Source: a virus
DNA length: 64,000 nucleotides
Virus record (IMG/VR): IMGVR_UViG_3300044678_002668
Location: 1-64,000 of that record
Reading direction: 5' to 3' (one strand)
Positions within the stretch are counted from its first letter, which is position 1, and each line of letters starts with the position of its first letter. A program made the position numbers and the translations under genes. Shown one piece after another: positions 43,888 through 52,843 of this stretch. The notes under the pieces are model-generated. The model searched no databases, had not been told where the DNA came from, and saw only the letters and a list, made by a program, of their open reading frames with translations.

Positions 43888-46136
43888 TGTCTGACATTGA
43901 AGTGACCATTTTAAAAAATAAACAAGACCTAGATGAAGTACTAGGCTATTTAAAACAACATTTTAACGATGGTTCAGTTCATGTATTAGACGTGGAAACA
44001 GATAGCTCCACTCCTCAAACAGCTACCTTGTATGGGCTTGGTATTTCAGTGGACGAAAACCAAGCCTTCTATATCCCCTTTAAATCTCCTGAAGGCAAGA
44101 GCCTTGTTGGAGACCTATACAAAAAAGATATCCAAAACTTTCTTCTATCTCAAAACATGCGGGTAGTGGGACATAATCTAAGCTACGACGTTATTGTTTT
44201 AAAACAGCAATTAGGAGTGGACTTAGTTCCTAAGATCTATTGTGACACTATTCTTTTAAAGCACACGGTGGATGAAGAGAGACCTCATGGTCTTAAAGAA
44301 ACCGCTGTGAAGTACTTAGGTTCTTGGGCTGATAAAGCCCAGCAGGACCTTTATGACAGTATTGAAGATAACGGCGGGTCCACCACCAAAGAAAATTTGG
44401 AAATGTATAAAGCCTCTACAGAGGTATTAGGAACCTATTGCGGTTGGGACGTATGTCTAACCTATAAACTTCTTAACATATTGTCTAAAAAGCTTGAAGA
44501 AGAAAAGCTTCAAGAGTTGTTTTACGAAAAAGAAGTGATGCCTCTTTACAAAGAAGTCACTATTCCCATGATAGAAAAAGGCTTTCCTGTAGACACAAAT
44601 CATCTACAGAAGCTTCAAGTACAGATTCAAAGCGAAATAGATCAGATTGAGTCAGGCTTATACAATACTCTTAAAGACATCTTGATATTGCGAGAAGCTG
44701 AAGTATTAGAAAAGAAAGCTCCAGTTAAACGTTCTGGAAAGTTCCCAGTAGTGTTGGCTGAGGTTAGTGGAGTAAAGCTCCCCATTAATCCTAAAACTGG
44801 CCAGGTTACGCTTTCTGCTAAAGCCTTGGCAGAAACCCTAGATCAAGAAAGCCCTTTCTATAAGTGGATTACAGAGCAATCAGAAGGAGAGGGCCTATTA
44901 TTAGAACAGGCCCAAAAGGAACTATATTTCTCTAAATATCCTAATCGTAGGTATGTATTTAATTTTAAGAGTGCAGATGACTTAAAGTGGCTTTTCTTTG
45001 ACCAGCTAAAAAAAACTCCCCTTTCCACCACTGAAACAGGGGAGCCCCAGGTTAATGAAGATTTTATTGAAACTATGGATTATCCATGGGTTCAGGATTT
45101 ATTGGACTTTAAACGCTTAATTAAACTAGAGTCTACCTATATTACTGGAATGTTAGACGTACAGATTAATGGAGTGGTATATCCATCCTGGATGCAGTTT
45201 GGCACTACATCAGGCCGTTATTCTTGTTCTGGCCCCAATCTTCAACAGATTCCTAGGATTAGAGAAGAAGATAGTGATGAGATTTCTGAACGGGTTAAGA
45301 AGTATTTTAATCAGATCAAAGCGGCTTTCATTGCTCCAGAAGGCTATAAGCTAGTTAATGCTGACTATTCCCAGCTAGAACCTTGTGCCTTTGCTTGCGC
45401 TTCTGGAGACGCTAAGCTCCAAGAATCCTTTAGAAAAGGACATGATTTATATTCCTCAATTGCCATTGAAGCTTTTGGATTAGAAGGATACAGCGCAAAC
45501 AAAAAAGATTCTAACTATCTAGGAGCCCATAAAAAAGACTTACGTCAGGTGGCTAAGGTTATTGCTCTTGCCACTGTATATGGAGCTGGAGCTGGACGGC
45601 TTTCTTCTACACTAAAGGTAGACAAAGAAGAAGCTCAAAAGATTATTGACGACTATTTAAGTGCCTATCCTCAGCTTAAAAGTTATATGGAAACTTGTGA
45701 TTTACAGGCCATTACTTTAGGTAAGGTTACCTCTAGGTTTGGAAGAGTGCGCCATTTAAAAGAAGCTAAAGAGCTTTATAAGATTTATGGAGATGATATT
45801 TTAGATGAAGAGTTATGCCGTAGAAATAAAAAACTTAGAGAACCTTTTTGGAAACTGAAGGGTTTACTTAACCTAGCAAAGAATCATCCTATTCAAGCAA
45901 CAGCGGCCTATATCGTTAATCAAGCTTCCATTGCCGTCACTAGAAAGATGAAAGAAGTTGGTATTGAAGGTTATGTTGCTGGTCAAGTACATGATGAGAT
46001 TTGCTGTATTGTTAAAGAAAAAGATGCAGATAAAGTAAAAGAACTCTTGAAAAGTTCTATGGAATCAACTACAATTATCGAAGTACCTTTAAGAGCCGAT
46101 CCTCTTATTGGAAAAAATTGGGCAGAAGCAAAATAA
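43887..46136 (+). CDS. polA: family A DNA polymerase with 3'-5' exonuclease
   Basis: DVET, GHNLSYD, YCGWD; TSGRYS..PNLQQIP, DYSQLE, AKVIALATVYG, VHDE. Confidence 0.95.
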   Translation: MSDIEVTILKNKQDLDEVLGYLKQHFNDGSVHVLDVETDSSTPQTATLYGLGISVDENQAFYIPFKSPEGKSLVGDLYKKDIQNFLLSQNMRVVGHNLSYDVIVLKQQLGVDLVPKIYCDTILLKHTVDEERPHGLKETAVKYLGSWADKAQQDLYDSIEDNGGSTTKENLEMYKASTEVLGTYCGWDVCLTYKLLNILSKKLEEEKLQELFYEKEVMPLYKEVTIPMIEKGFPVDTNHLQKLQVQIQSEIDQIESGLYNTLKDILILREAEVLEKKAPVKRSGKFPVVLAEVSGVKLPINPKTGQVTLSAKALAETLDQESPFYKWITEQSEGEGLLLEQAQKELYFSKYPNRRYVFNFKSADDLKWLFFDQLKKTPLSTTETGEPQVNEDFIETMDYPWVQDLLDFKRLIKLESTYITGMLDVQINGVVYPSWMQFGTTSGRYSCSGPNLQQIPRIREEDSDEISERVKKYFNQIKAAFIAPEGYKLVNADYSQLEPCAFACASGDAKLQESFRKGHDLYSSIAIEAFGLEGYSANKKDSNYLGAHKKDLRQVAKVIALATVYGAGAGRLSSTLKVDKEEAQKIIDDYLSAYPQLKSYMETCDLQAITLGKVTSRFGRVRHLKEAKELYKIYGDDILDEELCRRNKKLREPFWKLKGLLNLAKNHPIQATAAYIVNQASIAVTRKMKEVGIEGYVAGQVHDEICCIVKEKDADKVKELLKSSMESTTIIEVPLRADPLIGKNWAEAK

Positions 46137-46141
46137 GGAGT

Positions 46142-46858
46142 ATGAGAGTGAAAGCAAAAAAGCAGCCTAAAATTTTGGTTATTGGAGATACGCATTTTCC
46201 AGCGGCGGATCAAAGGGTTCTAGAAGCCATTTACAAAGAAGCTCAGGAAATGAAGCCTGACTATATTGTACAGCTTGGAGACCTATATGATTTTTTCTGT
46301 TTCTCTAAGTTTGCTCGATCTCTTAATTGGATGACTCCAGAAGAAGAGATTAATTTAGGACGAGAACAAGCTGAAGAGTTTTGGAAACGTTTACAGAAAG
46401 CTGCTCCTAAAGCTCAGTGTTACCAGCTTCTTGGAAACCACGATCAACGTTTATTAAAACGAGTGTTAGATAAAGTTCCAGAGCTTGAGTCCATTATGTC
46501 TGCTCAAAAAGAACTGTTTAACTTTTCTAAAGTCACTAGCATGAAAGATGCCACTAGTGAACTCATCTTAGGGGATATCCTCTTTATTCATGGATATAAG
46601 AGTGGGCTTGGTGCTCATATGCGCCGCAATGGTAAGAAGACTGTAGTGGGTCATTCCCATCTTGGTGGCGTAGTAAATGAGAAGTTTCTTGGTTCCGTAT
46701 TGTGGGAAGCCAATGCTGGCTACACTGGAGACCCTTCTCAACCAGTGTTTAAATATGGAAGTCAAGACACTGACAAGTGGACTCGCGGCTATCTCACTAT
46801 TGATGAGAAAGGTCCTAAGTTTATTTGTCTAGAAGACCAACTCTACAAGGGGAAATAA
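46142..46858 (+). CDS. metallophosphoesterase (calcineurin-like)
   Basis: GDTH, GDLYD, GNHD, HG, GHSH. Confidence 0.92.
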   Translation: MRVKAKKQPKILVIGDTHFPAADQRVLEAIYKEAQEMKPDYIVQLGDLYDFFCFSKFARSLNWMTPEEEINLGREQAEEFWKRLQKAAPKAQCYQLLGNHDQRLLKRVLDKVPELESIMSAQKELFNFSKVTSMKDATSELILGDILFIHGYKSGLGAHMRRNGKKTVVGHSHLGGVVNEKFLGSVLWEANAGYTGDPSQPVFKYGSQDTDKWTRGYLTIDEKGPKFICLEDQLYKGK

Positions 46859-47266
46859 ATGAAAGTGGCTCGATTTAATTACATGGGCGATACTTGGACT
46901 ATCTATCTGACTTCTCCAGAAGAAGTGGCTCAGCTTGCAGATGATCCTAGCTGCCCTGCATTTGTTGAGCCAGATGATAGACAGATTTATTTTTCTAATA
47001 CATATGATTTAAACTCTGTTAATATTCGCCACGAGCTTTGGCATGTCTGTTTTCATTATAGATATTTAGACTCCACCATTGGACTTTCTGTACAAGACGT
47101 TGAAGAAATTAGTGCAGAAACATTTGCCAGAGAGGGTGAAAAGCTGGTACAATTATCTATACTCTTAGAGAAGAAGCTCAAAGAACTAGCGGAATCTAAA
47201 TCAGAAGAAGACATGGAGATTGACCTTGAAGAAACAAAAGAAAAAGGAAGACGGAAAAAAGAATGA
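46859..47266 (+). CDS. HEXXH zincin-like protein
   Basis: IRHELWH...EE. Confidence 0.6.
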   Translation: MKVARFNYMGDTWTIYLTSPEEVAQLADDPSCPAFVEPDDRQIYFSNTYDLNSVNIRHELWHVCFHYRYLDSTIGLSVQDVEEISAETFAREGEKLVQLSILLEKKLKELAESKSEEDMEIDLEETKEKGRRKKE

Positions 47267-47618
47267 CCAGAATAAACCCTCCCTCTCTCTTATTCCTGGA
47301 GAGGCCATATGGGCATGTGGACAGGCTCTATCACATGGTGCTAAGGTCTATGGTAGGTACAATTTTCGCAAGGGACTCTCTCATTCGCGCCTTTTGGACT
47401 CTGCACTTAGACATATTACACAGAGGTTAATGGGAGAAGAAATTGATAAGGATTCAGGTAATCTCCATATTTGGAATGCCATGGCTAGTTTAGCTATGTA
47501 TGAATGGATGAGAGTTAATAGACCCGACTTAAACGATTTGTACGAGTATCCTAAAAAGAAAGGCCTTAAAAATGCAAGTAATAACAAACGAACTAAGAGT
47601 CGCGGTGGACGTAGATAA
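47220..47618 (+). CDS. dATP/dGTP diphosphohydrolase N-terminal domain (DUF5664-like) protein
   Basis: GKKND..K..LSLIP...GAKVYG.YN.RKG...LDSALRH. Confidence 0.82.
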   Translation: MTLKKQKKKEDGKKNDQNKPSLSLIPGEAIWACGQALSHGAKVYGRYNFRKGLSHSRLLDSALRHITQRLMGEEIDKDSGNLHIWNAMASLAMYEWMRVNRPDLNDLYEYPKKKGLKNASNNKRTKSRGGRR

Positions 47619-47919
47619 CACCATTATTAAATGGGTAAACTCACCTACAGAAAATTCAAAAACAGTTTCTTATTACGGCACGTCTAAAGAAGTAGAGCCT
47701 AATCAAGCAGTGATTGCTTTTGTAAAATCTTTAAAGCAACGAGGCTATCACGTCACAGTACATTCTAACAACGGTTGGCAATGGGCTAAGAATGTAGTGG
47801 AGGCTTTGGAACTAGAGTCAGTGGTGGATTTAGTATGTACTAAAAGCAGTAAGTGTATTGATGATGAACTAAATGTAGAACATATTATTGGTACTCTCAT
47901 TAATCCAGAGATATTATGA
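47572..47919 (+). CDS. HAD-superfamily phosphatase
   Basis: VAVDVDNT, K...IDD. Confidence 0.75.
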   Translation: MQVITNELRVAVDVDNTIIKWVNSPTENSKTVSYYGTSKEVEPNQAVIAFVKSLKQRGYHVTVHSNNGWQWAKNVVEALELESVVDLVCTKSSKCIDDELNVEHIIGTLINPEIL

Positions 47920-48233
47920 TTAATCTATATTTTATGACTGTTCAAAAATTGCAATATCAAGTTGCAGCACAAATTATTTTTTATACTGGAAGATCTCCTT
48001 ACTACCTACTTTCTGCACACTATATGTTAGAAGCTCCATATACTAACTTAGACAATTTTTATTTAATTTACAACAACTCTTTTGTACATAAATTACATAG
48101 CTTTTTTAATAAGTTTTTTGGTTCTAATACAGATCCTTTATACATAAAGGAAGAGCAGTTTAAAAATATCTTGCTAGACATACGAAAACATTGGTACAAT
48201 AATTTGTTTGAACATGGATTTAAAGTACTATGA
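47916..48233 (+). CDS. aromatic-rich protein G1 (MINL...), possibly two fused micro-protein units
   Basis: ATGA overlap; same AT-rich, Y/F-rich composition as arrays. Confidence 0.6.
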   Translation: MINLYFMTVQKLQYQVAAQIIFYTGRSPYYLLSAHYMLEAPYTNLDNFYLIYNNSFVHKLHSFFNKFFGSNTDPLYIKEEQFKNILLDIRKHWYNNLFEHGFKVL

Positions 48234-48346
48234 ATCTTTTATGTAGAGTTTTAGATTATAGGGAACCTACCGCTTTTGGTATAACTTTATGGTATAGAAA
48301 AGTATTTGATATGTTTATAGATATTCCAACACATGAGTATAGTTAA
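48230..48346 (+). CDS. micro-protein G2 (MNLL..., 38 aa)
   Basis: ATGA overlap; manual translation. Confidence 0.55.
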   Translation: MNLLCRVLDYREPTAFGITLWYRKVFDMFIDIPTHEYS

Positions 48347-48394
48347 ATGCAAAGACATTCAAGAAGAGTAGTGCAACATAGAAAGAAAGGACAC

Positions 48395-48685
48395 ATGTCC
48401 AAGAGTAAGAGTCATAAAGAGGGTGAAGACTTACGACAAGAAATTAAAAAATGGAAGACCTATGCTCGCCATCTTGAAAAGCGGTTAAAACAGTATGAAA
48501 AATTAGATCATTACTTGGAAGAGGCTCTAGAAACTGTACATGAATCTGAAGCTTCTAAAGAACATGAAACATCATATAAAGATCCTAAATGTCCAGACTG
48601 CCATAAAGGTACTCTACGGGTATTGGATTTAGGAAGGTTTACCTATCATGCGTGCTCGCACTGCTCGTACCGCAAAAAGATCTAA
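48395..48685 (+). CDS. coiled-coil + Zn-ribbon protein
   Basis: CPDC...CSHC; AAAGGA SD. Confidence 0.65.
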   Translation: MSKSKSHKEGEDLRQEIKKWKTYARHLEKRLKQYEKLDHYLEEALETVHESEASKEHETSYKDPKCPDCHKGTLRVLDLGRFTYHACSHCSYRKKI

Positions 48686-49067
48686 GAAAAAACCTAAAGT
48701 AAAACGAGTAAAGAAAAAGAAGGAGTGGCGTCTAGAGCGGTATTTAATTCCAGCTCTTAGACGCATTTGGCGTTATTATCCTATTCGTAGGTCTGTAAAA
48801 AGTTCTTGCATTTTACCCAACGGTATGATAGCATGTAATATGTGTAAGCTTCAATTTAGAGAAGAAAACATTCAAGTAGACCACATCATACCTGTAGGCT
48901 CTCTTCCTAAGCTTGAATCTGGCAAAATTGATTGGAACACCTATATTGAAAGACTCTTGTGTGTTCCTGAAAATCTTCAGTGCTTGTGTGAATCTTGTCA
49001 TAAAGATAAAACACAGCGAGAAAACCAGGAGAGAAAACGTGCAAAAAAGCTTTTGGACCCCAGCTAG
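48648..49067 (+). CDS. HNH endonuclease
   Basis: CNMC...VDHIIP...NLQCLCESCH..KT. Confidence 0.88.
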   Translation: MRARTARTAKRSKKKPKVKRVKKKKEWRLERYLIPALRRIWRYYPIRRSVKSSCILPNGMIACNMCKLQFREENIQVDHIIPVGSLPKLESGKIDWNTYIERLLCVPENLQCLCESCHKDKTQRENQERKRAKKLLDPS

Positions 49068-49740
49068 AGTTTTTGTATATTCCGTTCTTTTAATGTTAAC
49101 CGCCCTTACAACTCACTTATATCTTCAAGGATTGGGCTATTTTGTAAGAGAAGAGTTTTCTTACGACTTGCCTCCAATGAAGCTTTGTGAAGAATATAAA
49201 GCTTATATGAACGATTCTCCAGAAGTTCGTTTAAGGGGCACTGGATCTTTCTGTTCTGGTGTTGTGGTTAGTTCTAAATACATTTTAACTGCTGCCCATT
49301 GTGTAGAGGAACTTAAACAACCTTTAAGCATTGAGGACACTTCCTTACACTATCTTGGCATTGCTAGAGTGGTGGGCATTAGCGACAAATACGATAGTGC
49401 TTTGTTGTTAGCGGATTTAAAACATCTCATTAGACCTGCCAAAGTGGATTTTACGGGAGAGTTTTCTAAATCTATGACAGTGCCCATTATCACTTGTGGA
49501 TGGCCAGAAACACAAAAGCACCTTCTTTGTACTCCTGGAATGTTAACTGGTACACTATTCTTTAAACGTACTGGTAAGGGTCTTTTGTATCAGGGAATGT
49601 CTGGAGGACCTACCTATCACGCTTTAAACAGAGTGGTGGTGGGTCTTAATTCCGCTGTAACTGTAAACTCCATTGTGGTGGCTCCCATTGTAGGATTACC
49701 TGAATTATTTAATGTGAGGGTATTGCATGAATGTCAATAA
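49039..49740 (+). CDS. trypsin-like (S1) serine protease with N-terminal TM
   Basis: CSGV...LTAAHC (His), DSALL (Asp), GMSGGP (Ser); GTG 49039 with AGGAG SD. Confidence 0.85.
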   Translation: MQKSFWTPARVFVYSVLLMLTALTTHLYLQGLGYFVREEFSYDLPPMKLCEEYKAYMNDSPEVRLRGTGSFCSGVVVSSKYILTAAHCVEELKQPLSIEDTSLHYLGIARVVGISDKYDSALLLADLKHLIRPAKVDFTGEFSKSMTVPIITCGWPETQKHLLCTPGMLTGTLFFKRTGKGLLYQGMSGGPTYHALNRVVVGLNSAVTVNSIVVAPIVGLPELFNVRVLHECQ

Positions 49741-50005
49741 TGTGTTAACATTAGTTTTAGGATTAATTATAGGAGTGGGAGCTACTTGGTACTTTACAAA
49801 TGATCCTGAAGCTAATAGACGATTTTTAGAACAGATTAAAGAGTTAGAAAAAGATAAAGCTAGGTTAGAAGAGCAGCTAAAACAAGCTAAAAAAGAAGAG
49901 TTACAAATTGTAGAAAGGGTTCGCAATCGTGAAAAATCTAAAGATGTTAAAGAAGTTCTTGCTTATTGGCGCTCTGCTAAACATTACACTCCAGGCCCAT
50001 ACTGA
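49727..50005 (+). CDS. N-anchored coiled-coil protein (spanin-like?)
   Basis: N-terminal TM then coiled coil. Confidence 0.5.
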   Translation: MNVNNVLTLVLGLIIGVGATWYFTNDPEANRRFLEQIKELEKDKARLEEQLKQAKKEELQIVERVRNREKSKDVKEVLAYWRSAKHYTPGPY

Positions 50006-50321
50006 GGAATACCTTGGAGCAGCTTTTGTAGATAAAGGAGAACCCGCTCCCTTTGCTGGATTTTTATTAACTCCTCAAAAAGAATTTGCCATTCGAGAAG
50101 AGCGAGAGATTAACCTTGAGCGTTTGGATAATTATAAAATCCAAAACGACATCCTTTCTAAGTTAGTGGGGGCTCAACATACTCAAATTGAAGTACTCAC
50201 TAAAGATCATTTGCGATTAGAAGAAGAGCTAGAAGAGTCTAAATCCCGACAACGTATTACTTTTGTAGCTGGAGTGGCAGCTACATTAGGCACTATGTTT
50301 GTCCTATCTAACGTAAGGTAA
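49929..50321 (+). CDS. exported coiled-coil protein with C-terminal TM (spanin-like?)
   Basis: signal peptide, APFAGFLLTP, coiled coil, C-terminal hydrophobic helix. Confidence 0.5.
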   Translation: MKNLKMLKKFLLIGALLNITLQAHTEEYLGAAFVDKGEPAPFAGFLLTPQKEFAIREEREINLERLDNYKIQNDILSKLVGAQHTQIEVLTKDHLRLEEELEESKSRQRITFVAGVAATLGTMFVLSNVR

Positions 50322-50322
50322 G

Positions 50323-50781
50323 ATGAAAAAAGGCAAGAAAGAATATGAAACCCTGGGACATCTAAGCAAAGATGATCCTGATTATTTACGAGCTGTGGAG
50401 GAGCTTGTATCTAAGGTTAAATCAGCTCCCAGTGAGCTTAGCGAGGAGCGCAATCAAAACATTGAAGCGTTCCTTACAACCTTTCAAATCAAGTCAGGTA
50501 CTTCAAAAATCCGAGCTAATTGGATTTACCATCTATATACCACTCTAGCTAAAGAGTCGGCTCTTTCTTATTCCTCTTTCTTTAAAGCGTTTTCTCCTAA
50601 GTTTCCTAGCCGCCACACTAAATACGGCAGGGTATATTTACTTAATAAAGAACCTTTTACATATTATTTTGAACTCAACAAAGATAAACAACATAGCATA
50701 GGAAAACCCATCTATGAAAAAACAGGATCAAAGATCATCGAGAAGCTCCAAGAAGATGAAAGCTCTGGACAAGAAACATAA
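50323..50781 (+). CDS. hypothetical protein (possible winged-helix DNA-binding)
   Basis: 'IRANWIYHLY...SYSSFFKAF...GRVY' wHTH-like. Confidence 0.5.
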   Translation: MKKGKKEYETLGHLSKDDPDYLRAVEELVSKVKSAPSELSEERNQNIEAFLTTFQIKSGTSKIRANWIYHLYTTLAKESALSYSSFFKAFSPKFPSRHTKYGRVYLLNKEPFTYYFELNKDKQHSIGKPIYEKTGSKIIEKLQEDESSGQET

Positions 50782-51181
50782 GCAGAGAGCTAAGAATTCA
50801 AAAAGAAGCCGAGCAGCTTTTCCAAATCTTCAAAAGAAATTTCATAATCTAAATGTTCATGAGTTTTTAGACTACGATTATATTGGACAGCTTTCTACAG
50901 AAGAAAAAAAGTGGTTCGATAAGTTTAATGAAGAGTATTATAGAGCTTATTTTAACAAGAAAACAAACAAGCACGTACATAAAAAAGCTCAAAGAAAAGA
51001 AGTATATAGTGCAAATAATGCTAGGAATAGGGACTTATACGCCCAATCCTTAAAGACTCGTACTTTAGAATTAGTGGAAGATTCTAAGACGTATATGGAA
51101 AAAGCTGTAGAAAACTATGAAGATGAGCTAATTGAGTGTTTGGACAATCAGGTAATTATTGATGTACAGGAAGAAGAATAA
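50714..51181 (+). CDS. basic hypothetical protein
   Basis: 155 aa, last plus-strand gene before the convergence point. Confidence 0.65.
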   Translation: MKKQDQRSSRSSKKMKALDKKHKQRAKNSKRSRAAFPNLQKKFHNLNVHEFLDYDYIGQLSTEEKKWFDKFNEEYYRAYFNKKTNKHVHKKAQRKEVYSANNARNRDLYAQSLKTRTLELVEDSKTYMEKAVENYEDELIECLDNQVIIDVQEEE

Positions 51182-51182
51182 G

Positions 51183-52415
51183 TTAATCTTCTTCTTTTTT
51201 AAGCAAATCTGTAATTAAATCAGCAATACTCAAACCACCAGAAGCATAGTTTAAAGGGTTTGTAGCTAGTTCTGTAAGGCCTTCTACGATGGGTAGAGCA
51301 ACATCAGACTCTTTGCTATAAGACTTATCTACGGCTTTTATAGGATTTGCATATATTTTATCTACAATAGCTTTAGACACAGGTTTAACAAAAGCCTCTA
51401 CTGGTTTACGAACAGTTGTAGCGGCTTCTCTAGTACCTTCTACAAGATCCTTAAAAGGATTTAAACTTTGGAATTGACGTTTAGCTTGGGGTTGATAAAA
51501 CTCTGCTGCCTCTGCGTCTTGCCCAGCAGCCATACCAGCCCCAATAGTTAAAGGAACCGCAAGTCCTGCTGGCTTTTTTCTTTGAAGGATATCAAACATT
51601 TTTTTAAGCTCAAAGCCTTGAGGATGTTCTGCTGAATGTCCTACAGAAGGTTTTACCACTCTAGTAAAAGCTTCTATTTCTGGACTTTGTTCTGTGGCTA
51701 ACTCTGTTAAAAGAGATCTTTCTTTAGAAGTAATTAAAGGAAGTCTTCCTAGAGACTCCGGAATATCTTCTGGAATAGATTGAAGATTTTTAAGTCTAGT
51801 TAAAGCGGAATTTTTAACGTTTTTTAAAAGAGTTTTTCCTAAAGTTAAATTTTTAGCATCCGTACTTTGATGTCCGCCAAGTTCATGAAAAGAAGTTGCC
51901 AACAAATCTACAGGAGTTTTTAAATAGTTTGAGTTTAAAAGAGTTTGTTTTGTTCTTGGATTATAGCTACCAAAAACGTTTTTAGAAAACTCGTCTGCTT
52001 GTTTTTTAGCCGCTTCATAAATTACAGCCAAGTCTCTTTCAGAGAGTTCTTTATTTGTGTTTTTTATTTTTGCTGTATATAAATCATTAAAAAGACTATT
52101 AAAAAGCTCTTGGGCTTGTTCTGGATCTTTTGGATCTACTAATACAAGGTTAGGCTTACCTAAACTATCATTGTAAAAATTATTATAAAGATATACAAGG
52201 GCTTCATCTAAGTCTTTAATGTTCTGTTCTTCCATGACTTTGGAAGCGTTGAATTTGCCTAGAGCGCGTCTTAAAATAAGTTTATTTGTGTCTAAAGGTA
52301 GTTGGGTTGTGTTAATAAGTTTTTCAGCCGTTGCCATTCTTTTAGCAGGATCTTGAATTTTATCCAATTCTTTAAAAGCAAGATATAGCTCACTAACAAG
52401 CTTATTTTTGCTCAT
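51183..52415 (-). CDS. putative internal virion protein with HEXXH-like segment
   Basis: GSYNP...L...HELGGH; C-terminal TNPLNY motif. Confidence 0.5.
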   Translation of the reverse strand: MSKNKLVSELYLAFKELDKIQDPAKRMATAEKLINTTQLPLDTNKLILRRALGKFNASKVMEEQNIKDLDEALVYLYNNFYNDSLGKPNLVLVDPKDPEQAQELFNSLFNDLYTAKIKNTNKELSERDLAVIYEAAKKQADEFSKNVFGSYNPRTKQTLLNSNYLKTPVDLLATSFHELGGHQSTDAKNLTLGKTLLKNVKNSALTRLKNLQSIPEDIPESLGRLPLITSKERSLLTELATEQSPEIEAFTRVVKPSVGHSAEHPQGFELKKMFDILQRKKPAGLAVPLTIGAGMAAGQDAEAAEFYQPQAKRQFQSLNPFKDLVEGTREAATTVRKPVEAFVKPVSKAIVDKIYANPIKAVDKSYSKESDVALPIVEGLTELATNPLNYASGGLSIADLITDLLKKEED

Positions 52416-52842
52416 CGCTTTTATTCTCTTCTTTCGGAGGCTGGATTAGCTGCATTACTTTTTGTTTAAAGTCTAAACCAGTAATCCTAGAAAGATTTTC
52501 ATATACGCTTAGAAGCTCTGTGGCTCCAATTAAACCAGCCACTACATGTACAACGGGAACGGTATCTCCCATAAGGTATTTTTGAGCTACAAAACCAGAA
52601 CAAACAGCTAGTAGATAAGCTGCTGATTTACTTACACTTCTACGTAACTTAGCACTTTCAATCTTTTGACCAATCTTTAAAGCGGCCCATACTCCTGTAA
52701 TTAAATCCGCCACAATTAAAAACCCTACAGAGAAGAGCACTTCTTTGATGGGAGCAAAGAAAAGAGCTATCCAAGCCATAGCTTTAAGTAGAACTTTTTG
52801 TACTTCACCGTCAGCTAAAGCAGCTTCTATGTAGCGTTTCAT
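52402..52842 (-). CDS. phage holin (Phage_holin_4-like)
   Basis: ADLITGV.AA...I.S..LR..V.K...ELLSVYENL; three TMs. Confidence 0.82.
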   Translation of the reverse strand: MKRYIEAALADGEVQKVLLKAMAWIALFFAPIKEVLFSVGFLIVADLITGVWAALKIGQKIESAKLRRSVSKSAAYLLAVCSGFVAQKYLMGDTVPVVHVVAGLIGATELLSVYENLSRITGLDFKQKVMQLIQPPKEENKSDEQK

Positions 52843-52843
52843 T

